64,000 nt of DNA from an uncultured Chitinophaga sp. (GTDB taxonomy: Bacteria; Bacteroidota; Bacteroidia; Chitinophagales; LD1), in NCBI GenBank assembly GCA_964493695.1, contig CAZBPG010000001.1:71645-135644 (forward strand), written 5' to 3'. How positions within the stretch are numbered: the first letter of the stretch is position 1; each line of letters opens with the position of its first letter. The position numbers and the translations under genes are program-made. This document shows, one piece after another, positions 35,401-44,623 of the stretch. The notes under the pieces are model-generated. The model saw only the letters and a program-made list of their open reading frames with translations, had not been told where the DNA came from and made no database searches.

Positions 35401-35838
35401 CTAAAATGGTAAATCATCATCTGCAGCCGATGTGGAAGCAGGAGACTCTTCATTGGCAGAAGGACCTGTATTGGTAGATGAGTAATTGCCGCTTCCGCTA
35501 TCGCTTCCTTCCTTGTTGCCCAGCATTCTGAAATTATCAACGATAATTTCAGTAGTTCTTCTTTTGTTGCCGTCTTTATCATCGTATTCGCGGGTGCGGA
35601 TTTTCCCTTCTATCCAAATCTGCATGCCCTTTTTCAGATTTTTCTCGGCACGTTCAGCAGCGAATTTGTTGTTGACTTTAATGTTGTGCCAATCAGTAAT
35701 GTCTTTCCAGTTGCCGTCTTTGTCCTTGTAGCTTTCGTTCGTGGCAAGTGAGAATTCGGCAATTGCTCCACCGTTATCGAAATGTTTTATAACCGGGTCC
35801 TTGCCCAGTCTGCCTATTAAAAATACTTTGTTTACCAT
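35401..35838 (-). CDS. ssb: Single-stranded DNA-binding protein
   Basis: 145 aa with an OB fold (MVNKVFLIGRLGKDP), a Gly/Ser-rich tail and an acidic tip DDDLPF. Confidence 0.95.
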   Translation of the reverse strand: MVNKVFLIGRLGKDPVIKHFDNGGAIAEFSLATNESYKDKDGNWKDITDWHNIKVNNKFAAERAEKNLKKGMQIWIEGKIRTREYDDKDGNKRRTTEIIVDNFRMLGNKEGSDSGSGNYSSTNTGPSANEESPASTSAADDDLPF

Positions 35839-35958
35839 AGCTGTAAATTTTGTTAGTGATGTAATTTGGGATGTCTAAAATAAGGACTTTTGTTCTAAAC
35901 CAAATCAATTCATTGAATATTTTTGAGATTAAAGGATTGATTTGGTTCACGAAGTCTG

Positions 35959-37017
35959 CTAAATTTTCAAACCGACACTGAGTAAATACAAGTACAAGGT
36001 TTTGGGAAAGGCGTATTGAGAAATCAATTTTAGTTTTACTTTCTGCGTATTTGCCAATGAAAACGATTTAAAATCCTTTAGCTCAACTTCAATAAACCTA
36101 AAATGAATTTTGCGGTGCGAAAGCATTTGAGATATTTCCCTTGAATGCGATTGGATAGAAAAACGTTTTGTGCCGAGAAGCTTTGCCACCGCCTCAGCAA
36201 AACCCTTCTTCAAAGGTTTTGTTGTTTCAATCATCGGCAGTTCGTAGAGGTTTTTCCAGATGTCCTTGCCCGTTCGCTTTCGAATCAGAATTTCTTTATC
36301 GTTTTTTATTAAGAGGTAATTAAAATACCGGTTGGTGATTTTGGTTCGCTTCCCCCTGTAAGGAAGCTGCTCAATCAGCTCATGATTTTTTGCCACACAA
36401 ATTTTTCTGAACGGACATTCCTCACACTTCGGGTTTTTAGGTAGGCAAACTACTCCGCCAAAATCCATGATAGCCTGATTATAAAGAGCGGGATTCTTTT
36501 CATCAATTAAATCTTGGGCCAGTTGCGCAAATCTCTTTTTGCCTTCGGTGTTGTCAAAAGCTGTTTCAATTCCGAAAACACGTGCCAGTACACGGATAAC
36601 ATTGCCATCTACCACCGCTTTGTTTTCACCAAAGGCGAATGATGCAATAGCCGCAGCGGTGTAATCACCTACGCCCTTCAGCTTTTTTAGTTCATCGAAC
36701 GTTTCCGGAAACTTCCCTTTCCGGTTATCCTGAATGTTTTTGGCGGTTTCGTGCAAGTTACGTGCACGCGAATAGTAGCCCAGGCCCTGCCACAGTTTCA
36801 TCACATCATCTTCTTTGGCTTTAGCCAAATGCTGTATCGTGGGATACTTCTGTTTAAAGCGAAGAAAATACGGCAGCCCCTGCTCTACCCGCGTTTGCTG
36901 CAGAATAATTTCACTCAGCCAGATGTAATAAGGATTCTTTTCTCCCTTCCACGGCATGTGCCGGGTGTTTTCTTCTTTATGCCATTTTAGTAAAACCGAA
37001 GCGAATTTGTTACTCAT
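35959..37017 (-). CDS. mutY: A/G-specific adenine DNA glycosylase
   Basis: HhH-GPD domain, a 4Fe-4S Cys cluster (C..PKNPKCEECPFRKIC) and a NUDIX-like C-terminal domain. The start is moved to the Met at MSNKF. Confidence 0.9.
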   Translation of the reverse strand: MSNKFASVLLKWHKEENTRHMPWKGEKNPYYIWLSEIILQQTRVEQGLPYFLRFKQKYPTIQHLAKAKEDDVMKLWQGLGYYSRARNLHETAKNIQDNRKGKFPETFDELKKLKGVGDYTAAAIASFAFGENKAVVDGNVIRVLARVFGIETAFDNTEGKKRFAQLAQDLIDEKNPALYNQAIMDFGGVVCLPKNPKCEECPFRKICVAKNHELIEQLPYRGKRTKITNRYFNYLLIKNDKEILIRKRTGKDIWKNLYELPMIETTKPLKKGFAEAVAKLLGTKRFSIQSHSREISQMLSHRKIHFRFIEVELKDFKSFSLANTQKVKLKLISQYAFPKTLYLYLLSVGLKI

Positions 37018-37139
37018 TATATATATGACAAAGAAGAAAGTTTTTGTCAATTCAAACCATCAATGAATTGTCAGCGCCAACTTTCCCCCGGCCTTGAACT
37101 ATTGGTTCAAACCAAAAGAACAACGTTAAAAGTTAAATC

Positions 37140-37690
37140 GAATGCAATTCACAACCATTTTGGCGAAATCCTCCACCCATTTCGCCCCTATTTTCTTAAA
37201 AAAGGCAATATTTTTTTACAAACAGCCATCATATTTTTATATATATTCAAAAATTATTTACAAATAGCGAATATAATTTCTTATATAATCAATGTATTTT
37301 TTAGTATAGGCAATGTATTTTTACAATAAGCAATAATTAATTTACATTAATCAATAGTATTTCTTCACACAGTCGAAGTATTTTTTCATATAGGCATAAT
37401 TTTTTCGCGTTGGTTCAAAAATATTTCCATTAATCATTACTTTCACACTAAATTAAATCCATAAAACTATGCTTTTCCGAAACCCCGAAAGGGTTGTAAA
37501 CCCTTTCAGGGTTTGCCTACCGCGCAATAATTAAACTCGGAAACGCAAACCCCATTCATGGAACCGGAACCCCCGCGCATGGAGTAGCAAACGCCACACC
37601 TGGAACCGCGAACGCCCCGCACAGTATCGAAAATCACAAACGCAGAACCGGAAACTCCGTACGTAGAAACCCAAACCATACTCCAAAAAA
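37140..37690. repeat. About 26 degenerate tandem units with a strict 21-bp phase (AT-rich T-tract half at 37203-37433, GC-richer GGAACCG-type half at 37539-37685)
   Basis: Unit starts were read at 37203, 224, 245, 266, 287, 308, 329, 350, 371, 392 and 413, and at 37539, 560, 581, 602, 623, 644 and 665. 37539 equals 37203 + 16x21. Confidence 0.8.
37480..37514. repeat. Second copy of the ACCCCGAAAGGGTT hairpin repeat
   Basis: aaaccccgaaagggttgtaaaccctttcagggttt, about 30 of 33 nt identical to 20341-20373. Confidence 0.8.
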
Positions 37691-37751
37691 TTCTAAGTTT
37701 GCGGCCCTTGTATTCAAATCCAAAACCACACTTCTAAAATCTAAAATCAGA

Positions 37752-38804
37752 ATGATTAACGTTCCTCTCCTCAAACAAATCTGCGAAACCCCCGGGGTTC
37801 CCGGCCACGAACAAAAAGTGCGCGAACTTATTCAACGCGAACTCAAAAATATTGCTGATGACATCTATACCGATAATATGGGTAACCTGATAGCGGTAAA
37901 AAAAGGAAAGAGCAGCACCAAAAAAGTAATGGCCGCTGCGCACATGGACGAAATCGGCTTTATCGTTCATCATATTGACGAAAACGGTTTTCTCCGCTTT
38001 CATCCCCTTGGCGGCTTCGACCCTAAAACTTTAACGGCACAGCGCGTAGTAGTTCACGGAAAAAAAGATGTGGTTGGTGTAATGGGCACAAAACCTATTC
38101 ACTTAATGACAGCAGAAGAGCGTGGAAAGCCGCTTCACCTCACCGATTATTTTATTGACCTCGGCATGAGTCGCAAAGAAGTAGTGAAGATTGTGGAGGT
38201 GGGAAATGTAGTAACCCGCGAGCGCGAATTGATTGAAATGGGCGATTGCGTGAACTGCAAAAGTATCGACAACCGGGTAGCGGTTTTTGTTCTGATTGAA
38301 ACACTCCGCGAACTCAAAGGAAAAAATATCCCTTACGACTTCTACGGCATCTTTACCGTGCAGGAAGAAGTGGGTATCCGTGGCGCACAGGTTGCCGCCC
38401 ACCACATTGGTGCCGAATTCAGTTTTTGTATTGATACAACAATAGCTTTTGATACACCCGGTGCAAAACCCGAAGAAATGGTTACTAAACTGGGGGATGG
38501 TGTAGCGATAAAAATTATGGATTCGTCCGCCATCTGCGATTACCGCATGGTGAAGTTTATGAAAGAGCTGGCCGACAAAAACAAAATTAAATGGCAACCG
38601 GAGTTGCTCCCTGCCGGTGGAACCGACACAGCGGGCATGCAGCGCATGGCACCGAACGGAACTATTGCCGGTGCGGTATCTATTCCAACCCGCCACATTC
38701 ATTCCGTAATTGAAATGGCAAACAAAAAAGACATTAAAGGCAACATTGATTTGCTGAAACTTTGCTTGAGCAATCTGGATAAATACGATTGGAGCTTTAA
38801 GTAA
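37752..38804 (+). CDS. M42-family glutamyl aminopeptidase / endoglucanase-like peptidase
   Basis: 350 aa. It has the motifs ETPGVPGHE, AHMDEIGF, DNRVA, VQEEVGIRGA. Confidence 0.9.
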   Translation: MINVPLLKQICETPGVPGHEQKVRELIQRELKNIADDIYTDNMGNLIAVKKGKSSTKKVMAAAHMDEIGFIVHHIDENGFLRFHPLGGFDPKTLTAQRVVVHGKKDVVGVMGTKPIHLMTAEERGKPLHLTDYFIDLGMSRKEVVKIVEVGNVVTRERELIEMGDCVNCKSIDNRVAVFVLIETLRELKGKNIPYDFYGIFTVQEEVGIRGAQVAAHHIGAEFSFCIDTTIAFDTPGAKPEEMVTKLGDGVAIKIMDSSAICDYRMVKFMKELADKNKIKWQPELLPAGGTDTAGMQRMAPNGTIAGAVSIPTRHIHSVIEMANKKDIKGNIDLLKLCLSNLDKYDWSFK

Positions 38805-38862
38805 CTTGGTCTGAACTATAAATACAATCCTCGCTCACGCGGGGATTTTTTATTTTCGGAAC

Positions 38863-39186
38863 ATGAACTTGATTGAACTACATAGAAAGGAAATAGAGGC
38901 GCTGTGTGAAAAGCACAAAGTAGATTCATTGGATTTAGTGGGTTCTTTTGCAAAGGGAACATCTAACAGCGAAAGTGATGTTGACTTTCTGGTAACGTTT
39001 GGCGATGTTGATTTGTATCAATATGCCGACAATTATTTTGACTTTATTACTTCTATGGAAACTCTTTTCAATAGAAAAGTTGATTTGATTTCCGAAAAAG
39101 CGATTGACAACCCGTATTTATTGAAATCATTCAACCGTAACCGCGTCAAAATCTATGAGCGAAGAAATCCTCGTTTGGCTGCATGA
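38863..39186 (+). CDS. Nucleotidyltransferase-domain antitoxin (MntA-like)
   Basis: 107 aa with the minimal NTase motif GSFAKGT..SESDVDFLV. It overlaps the downstream HepT-like gene. Confidence 0.85.
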   Translation: MNLIELHRKEIEALCEKHKVDSLDLVGSFAKGTSNSESDVDFLVTFGDVDLYQYADNYFDFITSMETLFNRKVDLISEKAIDNPYLLKSFNRNRVKIYERRNPRLAA

Positions 39187-39502
39187 CATTCGCAAACAGG
39201 TTTTGCAGATTGATGAGTTTTATGCCACCACACAAAAATCTTTCGAAGAATTTCAGAAAAACACCATGCTCCGCAAAGCCATTGAGCGGAATCTGGAAAT
39301 CGCAGCAGAAGCGCTAAACAGAATTTTAGAAAAGGAACCGGATTTCCCTATTTCCAACGCAAGAAAAATCATCGGCTTCCGTAACCGGTTAGCACACGAA
39401 TATGACCGGCTGGATGACGAAACTGTTTACAGTGTTTCCGTTAAGTATCTTCCGGAACTCCTGAAAGAAGTTTCTGCAATTCTTGATAAAAATAAACCAT
39501 GA
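39155..39502 (+). CDS. HepT-like (DUF86) HEPN toxin
   Basis: 115 aa with the Rx4HxY HEPN motif (RNRLAHEY). It overlaps the MNT gene by 32 nt. Confidence 0.85.
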   Translation: MSEEILVWLHDIRKQVLQIDEFYATTQKSFEEFQKNTMLRKAIERNLEIAAEALNRILEKEPDFPISNARKIIGFRNRLAHEYDRLDDETVYSVSVKYLPELLKEVSAILDKNKP

Positions 39503-39505
39503 ATC

Positions 39506-39736
39506 ATGTGGACGGAAAAGGATAATTCACTCCAACGCACTTTCACCTTCAAAGATTTCTCTGAAGCATTTGCCTTTATGACGCGCGTGGCACTGATAGC
39601 TGAAAAGATGGACCATCATCCTTACTGGGTGAATGTGTGGAACCGGGTAGAAATAACGCTCAACACGCACAGTGCCGGAAACACCGTAACAGAAAAAGAC
39701 AGAAAGCTGGCTGCCGAAATTGATAAACTCGTATAG
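39506..39736 (+). CDS. 4a-hydroxytetrahydrobiopterin dehydratase (pterin-4-alpha-carbinolamine dehydratase)
   Basis: 76 aa. The pattern F.F.DF..AF.FM..VA..AEKM.HHP matches the PCD/DCoH signature. Confidence 0.85.
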   Translation: MWTEKDNSLQRTFTFKDFSEAFAFMTRVALIAEKMDHHPYWVNVWNRVEITLNTHSAGNTVTEKDRKLAAEIDKLV

Positions 39737-39766
39737 TTCCTTTCCTTTGCCTTCGAATTCGAAGAA

Positions 39767-41407
39767 ATGAAGATTGCCCTTGCCCAGTTAAATTATCACG
39801 TAGGAAATTTTGAGGCGAACACGCAGAAAATAATTGCTGCTATCCGCCATGCCGAAAAGCAAAATGCAGAGCTGGTAGTCTTCAGCGAGCTTTGCATCTG
39901 CGGTTATCCTTCCCGCGATTTTTTAGAGTTTGATGATTTCATTAACCAGTGCACAAATGCTTTGAGGGAAATCGCAAAGCACACAGGTAAAGTTGCTGTG
40001 CTCGTTGGTTGCCCTCGTAAAAACCCGGTGAAAGAGGGCAAGGATTTGTTCAACGCTGCATTCTTTCTGTATGAAGGCGAAGTAAAACACATCACCGATA
40101 AAACATTGCTGCCGGTTTACGATGTGTTTGATGAATACCGGTATTTTGAACCGAACAGGAAATTTGAAGTAGTCAGCTTCAAAGGCAAAAAATTAGCCCT
40201 TACCATTTGCGAAGATATCTGGAACGTAGGCAACGACAATCCGCTCTATACCATCTGCCCGATGGATGAATTGATAAAGCAGTCACCGGATATGATTATT
40301 AATCTTTCTGCTTCGCCTTTCAGTTATGTTCAACACGAAGAGCGGATGAAAGTAATCCGCGCCAATGTAGCCCGGTATAAAATTCCGATGGCCTACGTAA
40401 ACCAGGTAGGCGCACAAACCGAATTAATTTTTGACGGAGGAAGTGTAGTGGTGAATGAGAAGGGAGAAGTAGTTGAGCAATTGAAGTTTTTTGAAGAAGA
40501 AATCAGGATTGCGGATTGCGGATTTTCGATTTCGGATTTAGAATTCGAATGCACCAATCCGCAATCCGCAATTTCGCTGATTCACTCCGGATTAGTTCTC
40601 GGCATCCGCGATTACTTCGCCAAGCTCGGTTTTAAAAAAGCAATCCTCGGTTTAAGCGGGGGAATAGATTCTGCTTTGGTTCTCTGTTTGGCAGCCGAAG
40701 CATTAGGAAAAGAGAATGTCATGTCGCTCCTTCTTCCATCCGGTTTTTCATCTGACCATTCTATAGCCGATTCAAAACAACTTTGCGAAAATCTGGGAAC
40801 GAAATACGAAACAGTCCCTATCGAAAATAATTTTCAGGCTTTTATACAAACGCTGAATCCGTTTTTCAAAGACCTTCCGTTCAATGTAGCGGAAGAAAAT
40901 CTACAGGCGCGCGTGCGCGGGGTTTTGCTCATGGCTTTCAGCAATAAATTCGGGTACATTTTGCTCAACACTACCAACAAGAGCGAAGCAGCTGTTGGCT
41001 ACGGAACTTTGTATGGCGATATGTGCGGAGGGTTGGCTGTGTTGGGCGATGTTTACAAAACACAGGTGTATGAACTCGCCAATTACATTAACCGGAACGG
41101 TGAAGTGATTCCCCGGAATATTATTTCAAAGCCCCCGTCCGCGGAGCTTCGCCCCAACCAAAAAGATTCCGATTCGTTGCCTGAGTATGATGTGTTGGAC
41201 AAGGTGCTCTACCAATACATCGAAAAACGCCAGGGCCCCAAAGAACTGACCGCAATGGGTTTTGAAAAAAAATTAGTTGACCGGGTGTTGAAAATGGTTA
41301 ACGGCAGCGAATGGAAACGTTTTCAAACACCGCCCATTCTTCGCGTTTCTCCAAAGGCATTCGGCATGGGGCGCAGAATGAACATTGAAGGGAAGTATCT
41401 CGGTTAA
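39767..41407 (+). CDS. nadE: Glutamine-dependent NAD+ synthetase
   Basis: 546 aa with an N-terminal nitrilase/CN-hydrolase domain and a C-terminal synthetase domain with an SGGIDS P-loop. The linker carries an in-frame palindromic repeat. Confidence 0.95.
   Translation: MKIALAQLNYHVGNFEANTQKIIAAIRHAEKQNAELVVFSELCICGYPSRDFLEFDDFINQCTNALREIAKHTGKVAVLVGCPRKNPVKEGKDLFNAAFFLYEGEVKHITDKTLLPVYDVFDEYRYFEPNRKFEVVSFKGKKLALTICEDIWNVGNDNPLYTICPMDELIKQSPDMIINLSASPFSYVQHEERMKVIRANVARYKIPMAYVNQVGAQTELIFDGGSVVVNEKGEVVEQLKFFEEEIRIADCGFSISDLEFECTNPQSAISLIHSGLVLGIRDYFAKLGFKKAILGLSGGIDSALVLCLAAEALGKENVMSLLLPSGFSSDHSIADSKQLCENLGTKYETVPIENNFQAFIQTLNPFFKDLPFNVAEENLQARVRGVLLMAFSNKFGYILLNTTNKSEAAVGYGTLYGDMCGGLAVLGDVYKTQVYELANYINRNGEVIPRNIISKPPSAELRPNQKDSDSLPEYDVLDKVLYQYIEKRQGPKELTAMGFEKKLVDRVLKMVNGSEWKRFQTPPILRVSPKAFGMGRRMNIEGKYLG
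40506..40576. repeat. Two-armed heptamer palindrome in-frame inside nadE
   Basis: (GGATTNC)x5, then GAATTC, then (AATCCGC)x2-3. A perfect 17-bp stem forms between attgcggattgcggatt (40508-24) and aatccgcaatccgcaat (40556-72). Confidence 0.9.
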
Positions 41408-41469
41408 TCCGCGCATTCAGCGCAATAATTACATTTGCCGCTCGTTATTGAAGCCGATAAAAATAAATC

Positions 41470-42258
41470 ATGAAGAACCTACTGTTTTTGTTTCTGTTAT
41501 TGAGTTCAACTGTTGCCTTTGCCTTTGAAGCCGACTCTGTGAAAGTGGCAAGAAAACCCATGCCTAAAAAGGAATTGACACAGGCGCAAATCACCAAGAA
41601 AAACGAGGTAGAAAAGAAGTTCTCTAAGTTCGCCAAAGACCGTTTTACCGTTGATTTGTTCGGCAGCAACTGGATTTATAACAAGAGCGATGCACGGTTA
41701 GGACAGGATTTTAAAACCAAGTGGTGGAGCCGCGGCATCAGCATTTACTTCTCATGGGATTTCCGCATTAAAAAATCGCGGGTGAGTTTTGCCCCAGGTA
41801 TTGGTTACAGCTGCTCTAACATCTACAGCCGCTCCGGAATAGTAGAAGATTCTCTCGGTACACACTTCGAAACACTAACCACTATTAATCCGGCTATTGC
41901 CATGGCAGATTATAAAGTGAACAAACTCACCTTGCAGTACATAGATATTCCCCTCGAACTTCGCATTCGCACGAATCCCGACAAATTCAATAACTGCTGG
42001 AAATTTGTAGTGGGCTTTAAAGCCGGCATCCGTGTTGATGCACATACAAAAGAGAAAACCAAAATCGGTTCGGTGGTGAAAGTGGATGTGGAGAGAAGGT
42101 TTCCCGATTTCAGTTTGCTGAGAATGGGACCTACTATTCGTATCGGCTATAGTGTGGTAAACGTGTTTGCTTATTACGGCATCCTCGATGTTTTCAAAAA
42201 AGACCGGGGGCCTAAGGCTAACGAATTTACTGTCGGCATTTCATTTAACGGTTTGTAA
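41470..42258 (+). CDS. Outer membrane beta-barrel (porin-family/PorT-like) protein
   Basis: 262 aa with a signal peptide and an alternating amphipathic beta-strand pattern. Confidence 0.55.
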   Translation: MKNLLFLFLLLSSTVAFAFEADSVKVARKPMPKKELTQAQITKKNEVEKKFSKFAKDRFTVDLFGSNWIYNKSDARLGQDFKTKWWSRGISIYFSWDFRIKKSRVSFAPGIGYSCSNIYSRSGIVEDSLGTHFETLTTINPAIAMADYKVNKLTLQYIDIPLELRIRTNPDKFNNCWKFVVGFKAGIRVDAHTKEKTKIGSVVKVDVERRFPDFSLLRMGPTIRIGYSVVNVFAYYGILDVFKKDRGPKANEFTVGISFNGL

Positions 42259-42278
42259 TCATCTCAGGCATTTCATCT

Positions 42279-43019
42279 ATGCTTACCCTTCGCTCCGAAA
42301 ATCTTGTAAAAACCTATAAGGGAAGAGCCGTTGTTAATCATGTTTCGGTGGAAGTAAATCAGGGCGAGATTGTTGGTCTGCTCGGTCCCAACGGTGCCGG
42401 TAAAACAACTTCCTTCTATCAGATTGTCGGCTTGATACCACCCGATGAAGGAAAAATATTTTTAGGCAATCAGGAGATTACCGACTTGCCCATGTATAAG
42501 CGCGCTCAGCTCGGTGTGGGTTATCTGCCTCAGGAAGCGTCAGTATTCCGCAATCTTTCGGTAGAAGATAATATTGCCGGTGTGCTCGAAATGACAAAAC
42601 TTTCAAAGCACGAACAGAAAGAAAGACTGGAATTATTGCTCAGCGAATTCGGTTTGAACCGCGTGCGTAAAAGTATGGGCAATGTATTGAGCGGTGGCGA
42701 ACGAAGAAGAACCGAGATTGCCCGCGCACTGGCCACCGACCCTAAATTTATTTTGCTCGATGAACCTTTTGCCGGTATCGACCCTATTGCGGTGGAAGAC
42801 ATTCAGCGCATTGTGGAAGATTTGAAGAAGAGAAACATCGGTGTGCTCATCACCGACCACAATGTACAGGAAACGCTGAGTATCACCGACCGCGCCTATC
42901 TTCTGTTCGAAGGCAAAATTCTGAAAGCCGGAACGGCAGAAGAACTGGCAAACGATGAACAGGTCCGCAGGGTTTATCTCGGACAGAATTTCATTTTGCG
43001 TAAGCGAATTGCCTCCTGA
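42279..43019 (+). CDS. lptB: LPS export ABC transporter ATP-binding protein
   Basis: 246 aa with Walker [10 protein letters not shown], signature LSGGERRR and Walker B ILLDEP. The LptB-type N-terminus is [13 protein letters not shown]. Confidence 0.9.
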   Translation: MLTLRSENLVKTYKGRAVVNHVSVEVNQGEIVGLLGPNGAGKTTSFYQIVGLIPPDEGKIFLGNQEITDLPMYKRAQLGVGYLPQEASVFRNLSVEDNIAGVLEMTKLSKHEQKERLELLLSEFGLNRVRKSMGNVLSGGERRRTEIARALATDPKFILLDEPFAGIDPIAVEDIQRIVEDLKKRNIGVLITDHNVQETLSITDRAYLLFEGKILKAGTAEELANDEQVRRVYLGQNFILRKRIAS

Positions 43020-43034
43020 TTTTATCTTGGCTTC

Positions 43035-44549
43035 ATGCGTTTCGACTGGAAAAACTTTCTATTGCGCATTTATTTTAAAGTTTTCTTTTCTCCTGATTTT
43101 ACACAAGAGAAATCGCTTCTTCATCAACAAAAAACTTTAAATAAAATTCTCCGTCAGCTATCTGCAACAGAGTTGGGAAAGGACTTAAAGTTTGCTGAAA
43201 TAGCCTCTTACAGCAATTTTAAAAAAATTGTTCCCGTTACTCATTACGATTTCTACGAAGGCTACATTGAGAAAATAAAATCCGGACAGCAAAAAGTAAT
43301 GACCGGCCGACCGGTGAAGTGGTTTGCGAAAACGTCCGGAACAACCAGCGGTAAAAACAAACTGGTTCCTGTCACTACCCAGATAATGAAGCAGTGCCAT
43401 GTACGTGGAAGTTTCTTCGCGCTTTCCAAAATTCATCAGCTTGATGAAAACATACGCCTGCTCAGCCACAAAAATCTTTTAATTCCCGGGAGCATTTACG
43501 AAACACTCAATTCGGGAATTACCATTGCCGATATTTCGGGTATTCTCACCGTCAACATCCCTTACCTCTATCGCAGTTATTACACGCCCGATATTCATGT
43601 GCAGACCGTTTCTAAATGGGAAGAGAAAATCTCCGGTGCTGCAAAGCAGATTGCACAGGAAGATGTAGGCACCATAAGCGGTGTACCCACCTGGATTTTA
43701 TCGGTGCTGTATAAAATGAAAGAGGAGCATCCTTTCGAAAAACTCAGCCATGTCTGGAAGAACCTCCAGGTTTATTTTCACGGAGGCGTCAGTTTCGAAC
43801 CGTATCGCAAGCAGTTCGAAGACTTAATCGGCAAAAGCAATTTCCATTTTTTCGAAATCTACAACGCCACCGAAGGCTTCTTCGCCATTCAGGAAAACCT
43901 CAAGAGCAACAATCTTCTCCTGCTTACCGACAACTTCATTTTCTACGAGTTCATTCCGCTCTATAAATATTCTGCCGGTGACAGAACGGCAATTGACCTT
44001 AGCGAAATCGCAACCGGTGTGCCTTATGTCATGCTCATCACCGCACCTAACGGATTGGTTCGTTATGTAATGGGCGATGTGCTTACTTTCCAATCGCTCG
44101 ACCCGTTCACTTTTAAAATCACCGGTCGCACACAGGAATATATCAACGCCTTTGGCGAAGACCTGCTGTTGAGCAACGTGCAAAACGCCCTGATGAAAAC
44201 AAATCAAGCGCTCAATTGCGCGGTGAGCGATTACACCGTTGCCCCGCTTTACATCAGCATCGGAGAAAAAGGAAGAATGCAGTTCGCCATCGAGTTCTCT
44301 AAACCACCGGTTAATGTTTCGGCTTACGAAAAACTCCTCGATGAAAACCTGCAAAGCGAAAACTCCAACTATAAACAAAAGCGCACCAACAATCTCGCGC
44401 TTACATCGCTGGAGGTAATAACCTTACCGGAGGGCACCTTCTATAAATGGCTTTCTTCAAAAAATAAACTGGGAGGACAACACAAAGTTCCGCGCTTAGT
44501 GAACGGGCGAAACGTGATGGAAGAGATTCTAGAAATTAAAAACCGGTAA
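43035..44549 (+). CDS. GH3 auxin-responsive-promoter family (acyl-adenylate-forming, JAR1/GH3-like) protein
   Basis: 504 aa. The motifs SGTTSGKNKLVP, YNATEGFF and the overall length are typical of bacterial GH3-family members. Confidence 0.75.
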   Translation: MRFDWKNFLLRIYFKVFFSPDFTQEKSLLHQQKTLNKILRQLSATELGKDLKFAEIASYSNFKKIVPVTHYDFYEGYIEKIKSGQQKVMTGRPVKWFAKTSGTTSGKNKLVPVTTQIMKQCHVRGSFFALSKIHQLDENIRLLSHKNLLIPGSIYETLNSGITIADISGILTVNIPYLYRSYYTPDIHVQTVSKWEEKISGAAKQIAQEDVGTISGVPTWILSVLYKMKEEHPFEKLSHVWKNLQVYFHGGVSFEPYRKQFEDLIGKSNFHFFEIYNATEGFFAIQENLKSNNLLLLTDNFIFYEFIPLYKYSAGDRTAIDLSEIATGVPYVMLITAPNGLVRYVMGDVLTFQSLDPFTFKITGRTQEYINAFGEDLLLSNVQNALMKTNQALNCAVSDYTVAPLYISIGEKGRMQFAIEFSKPPVNVSAYEKLLDENLQSENSNYKQKRTNNLALTSLEVITLPEGTFYKWLSSKNKLGGQHKVPRLVNGRNVMEEILEIKNR

Positions 44550-44589
44550 ACCACCGGTTGCACAATTACTCTAAGGCTGTTCCGTATTT

Positions 44590-44614
44590 ATTCGTGCCAT
44601 TCGTGTAATTCGTG
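44590..44614. repeat. (ATTCGTG)x3 at 9-bp period between convergent genes
   Basis: attcgtg occurs at 44590, 44599 and 44608. Confidence 0.8.
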
Positions 44615-44623
44615 GCAAGTATT

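Noticed and set aside
37063-37329. 88-aa ORF with a 7-residue periodicity (…GNIFLQ TAIIFLY IFKNYLQ…)
   Set aside because: It lies entirely in the AT-rich 21-bp repeat array, has an implausible composition, and shows no RBS or promoter logic. It is an artefact of a stop-free repeat frame.
37140-37690. Replication origin or plasmid-like iteron cluster
   Set aside because: I found no DnaA-box-like nonamers (TTATCCACA or its complement). There are no rep, dnaA or dnaN genes nearby, and about 26 units is far more than typical iteron sets. It cannot be fully excluded without GC-skew analysis of the whole genome.
37500-37751. An 84-codon in-frame extension upstream of the M42 peptidase ATG, giving a heptad-repeat peptide GNANPIH GTGTPAH GVANATP...
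   Set aside because: There is no ATG, GTG or TTG start in that stretch after the in-frame TAA at 37497. The peptidase N-terminus MINVPLLKQICETPGVPGHE is already canonical. The 7-aa periodicity is simply the 21-bp DNA repeat read in frame.
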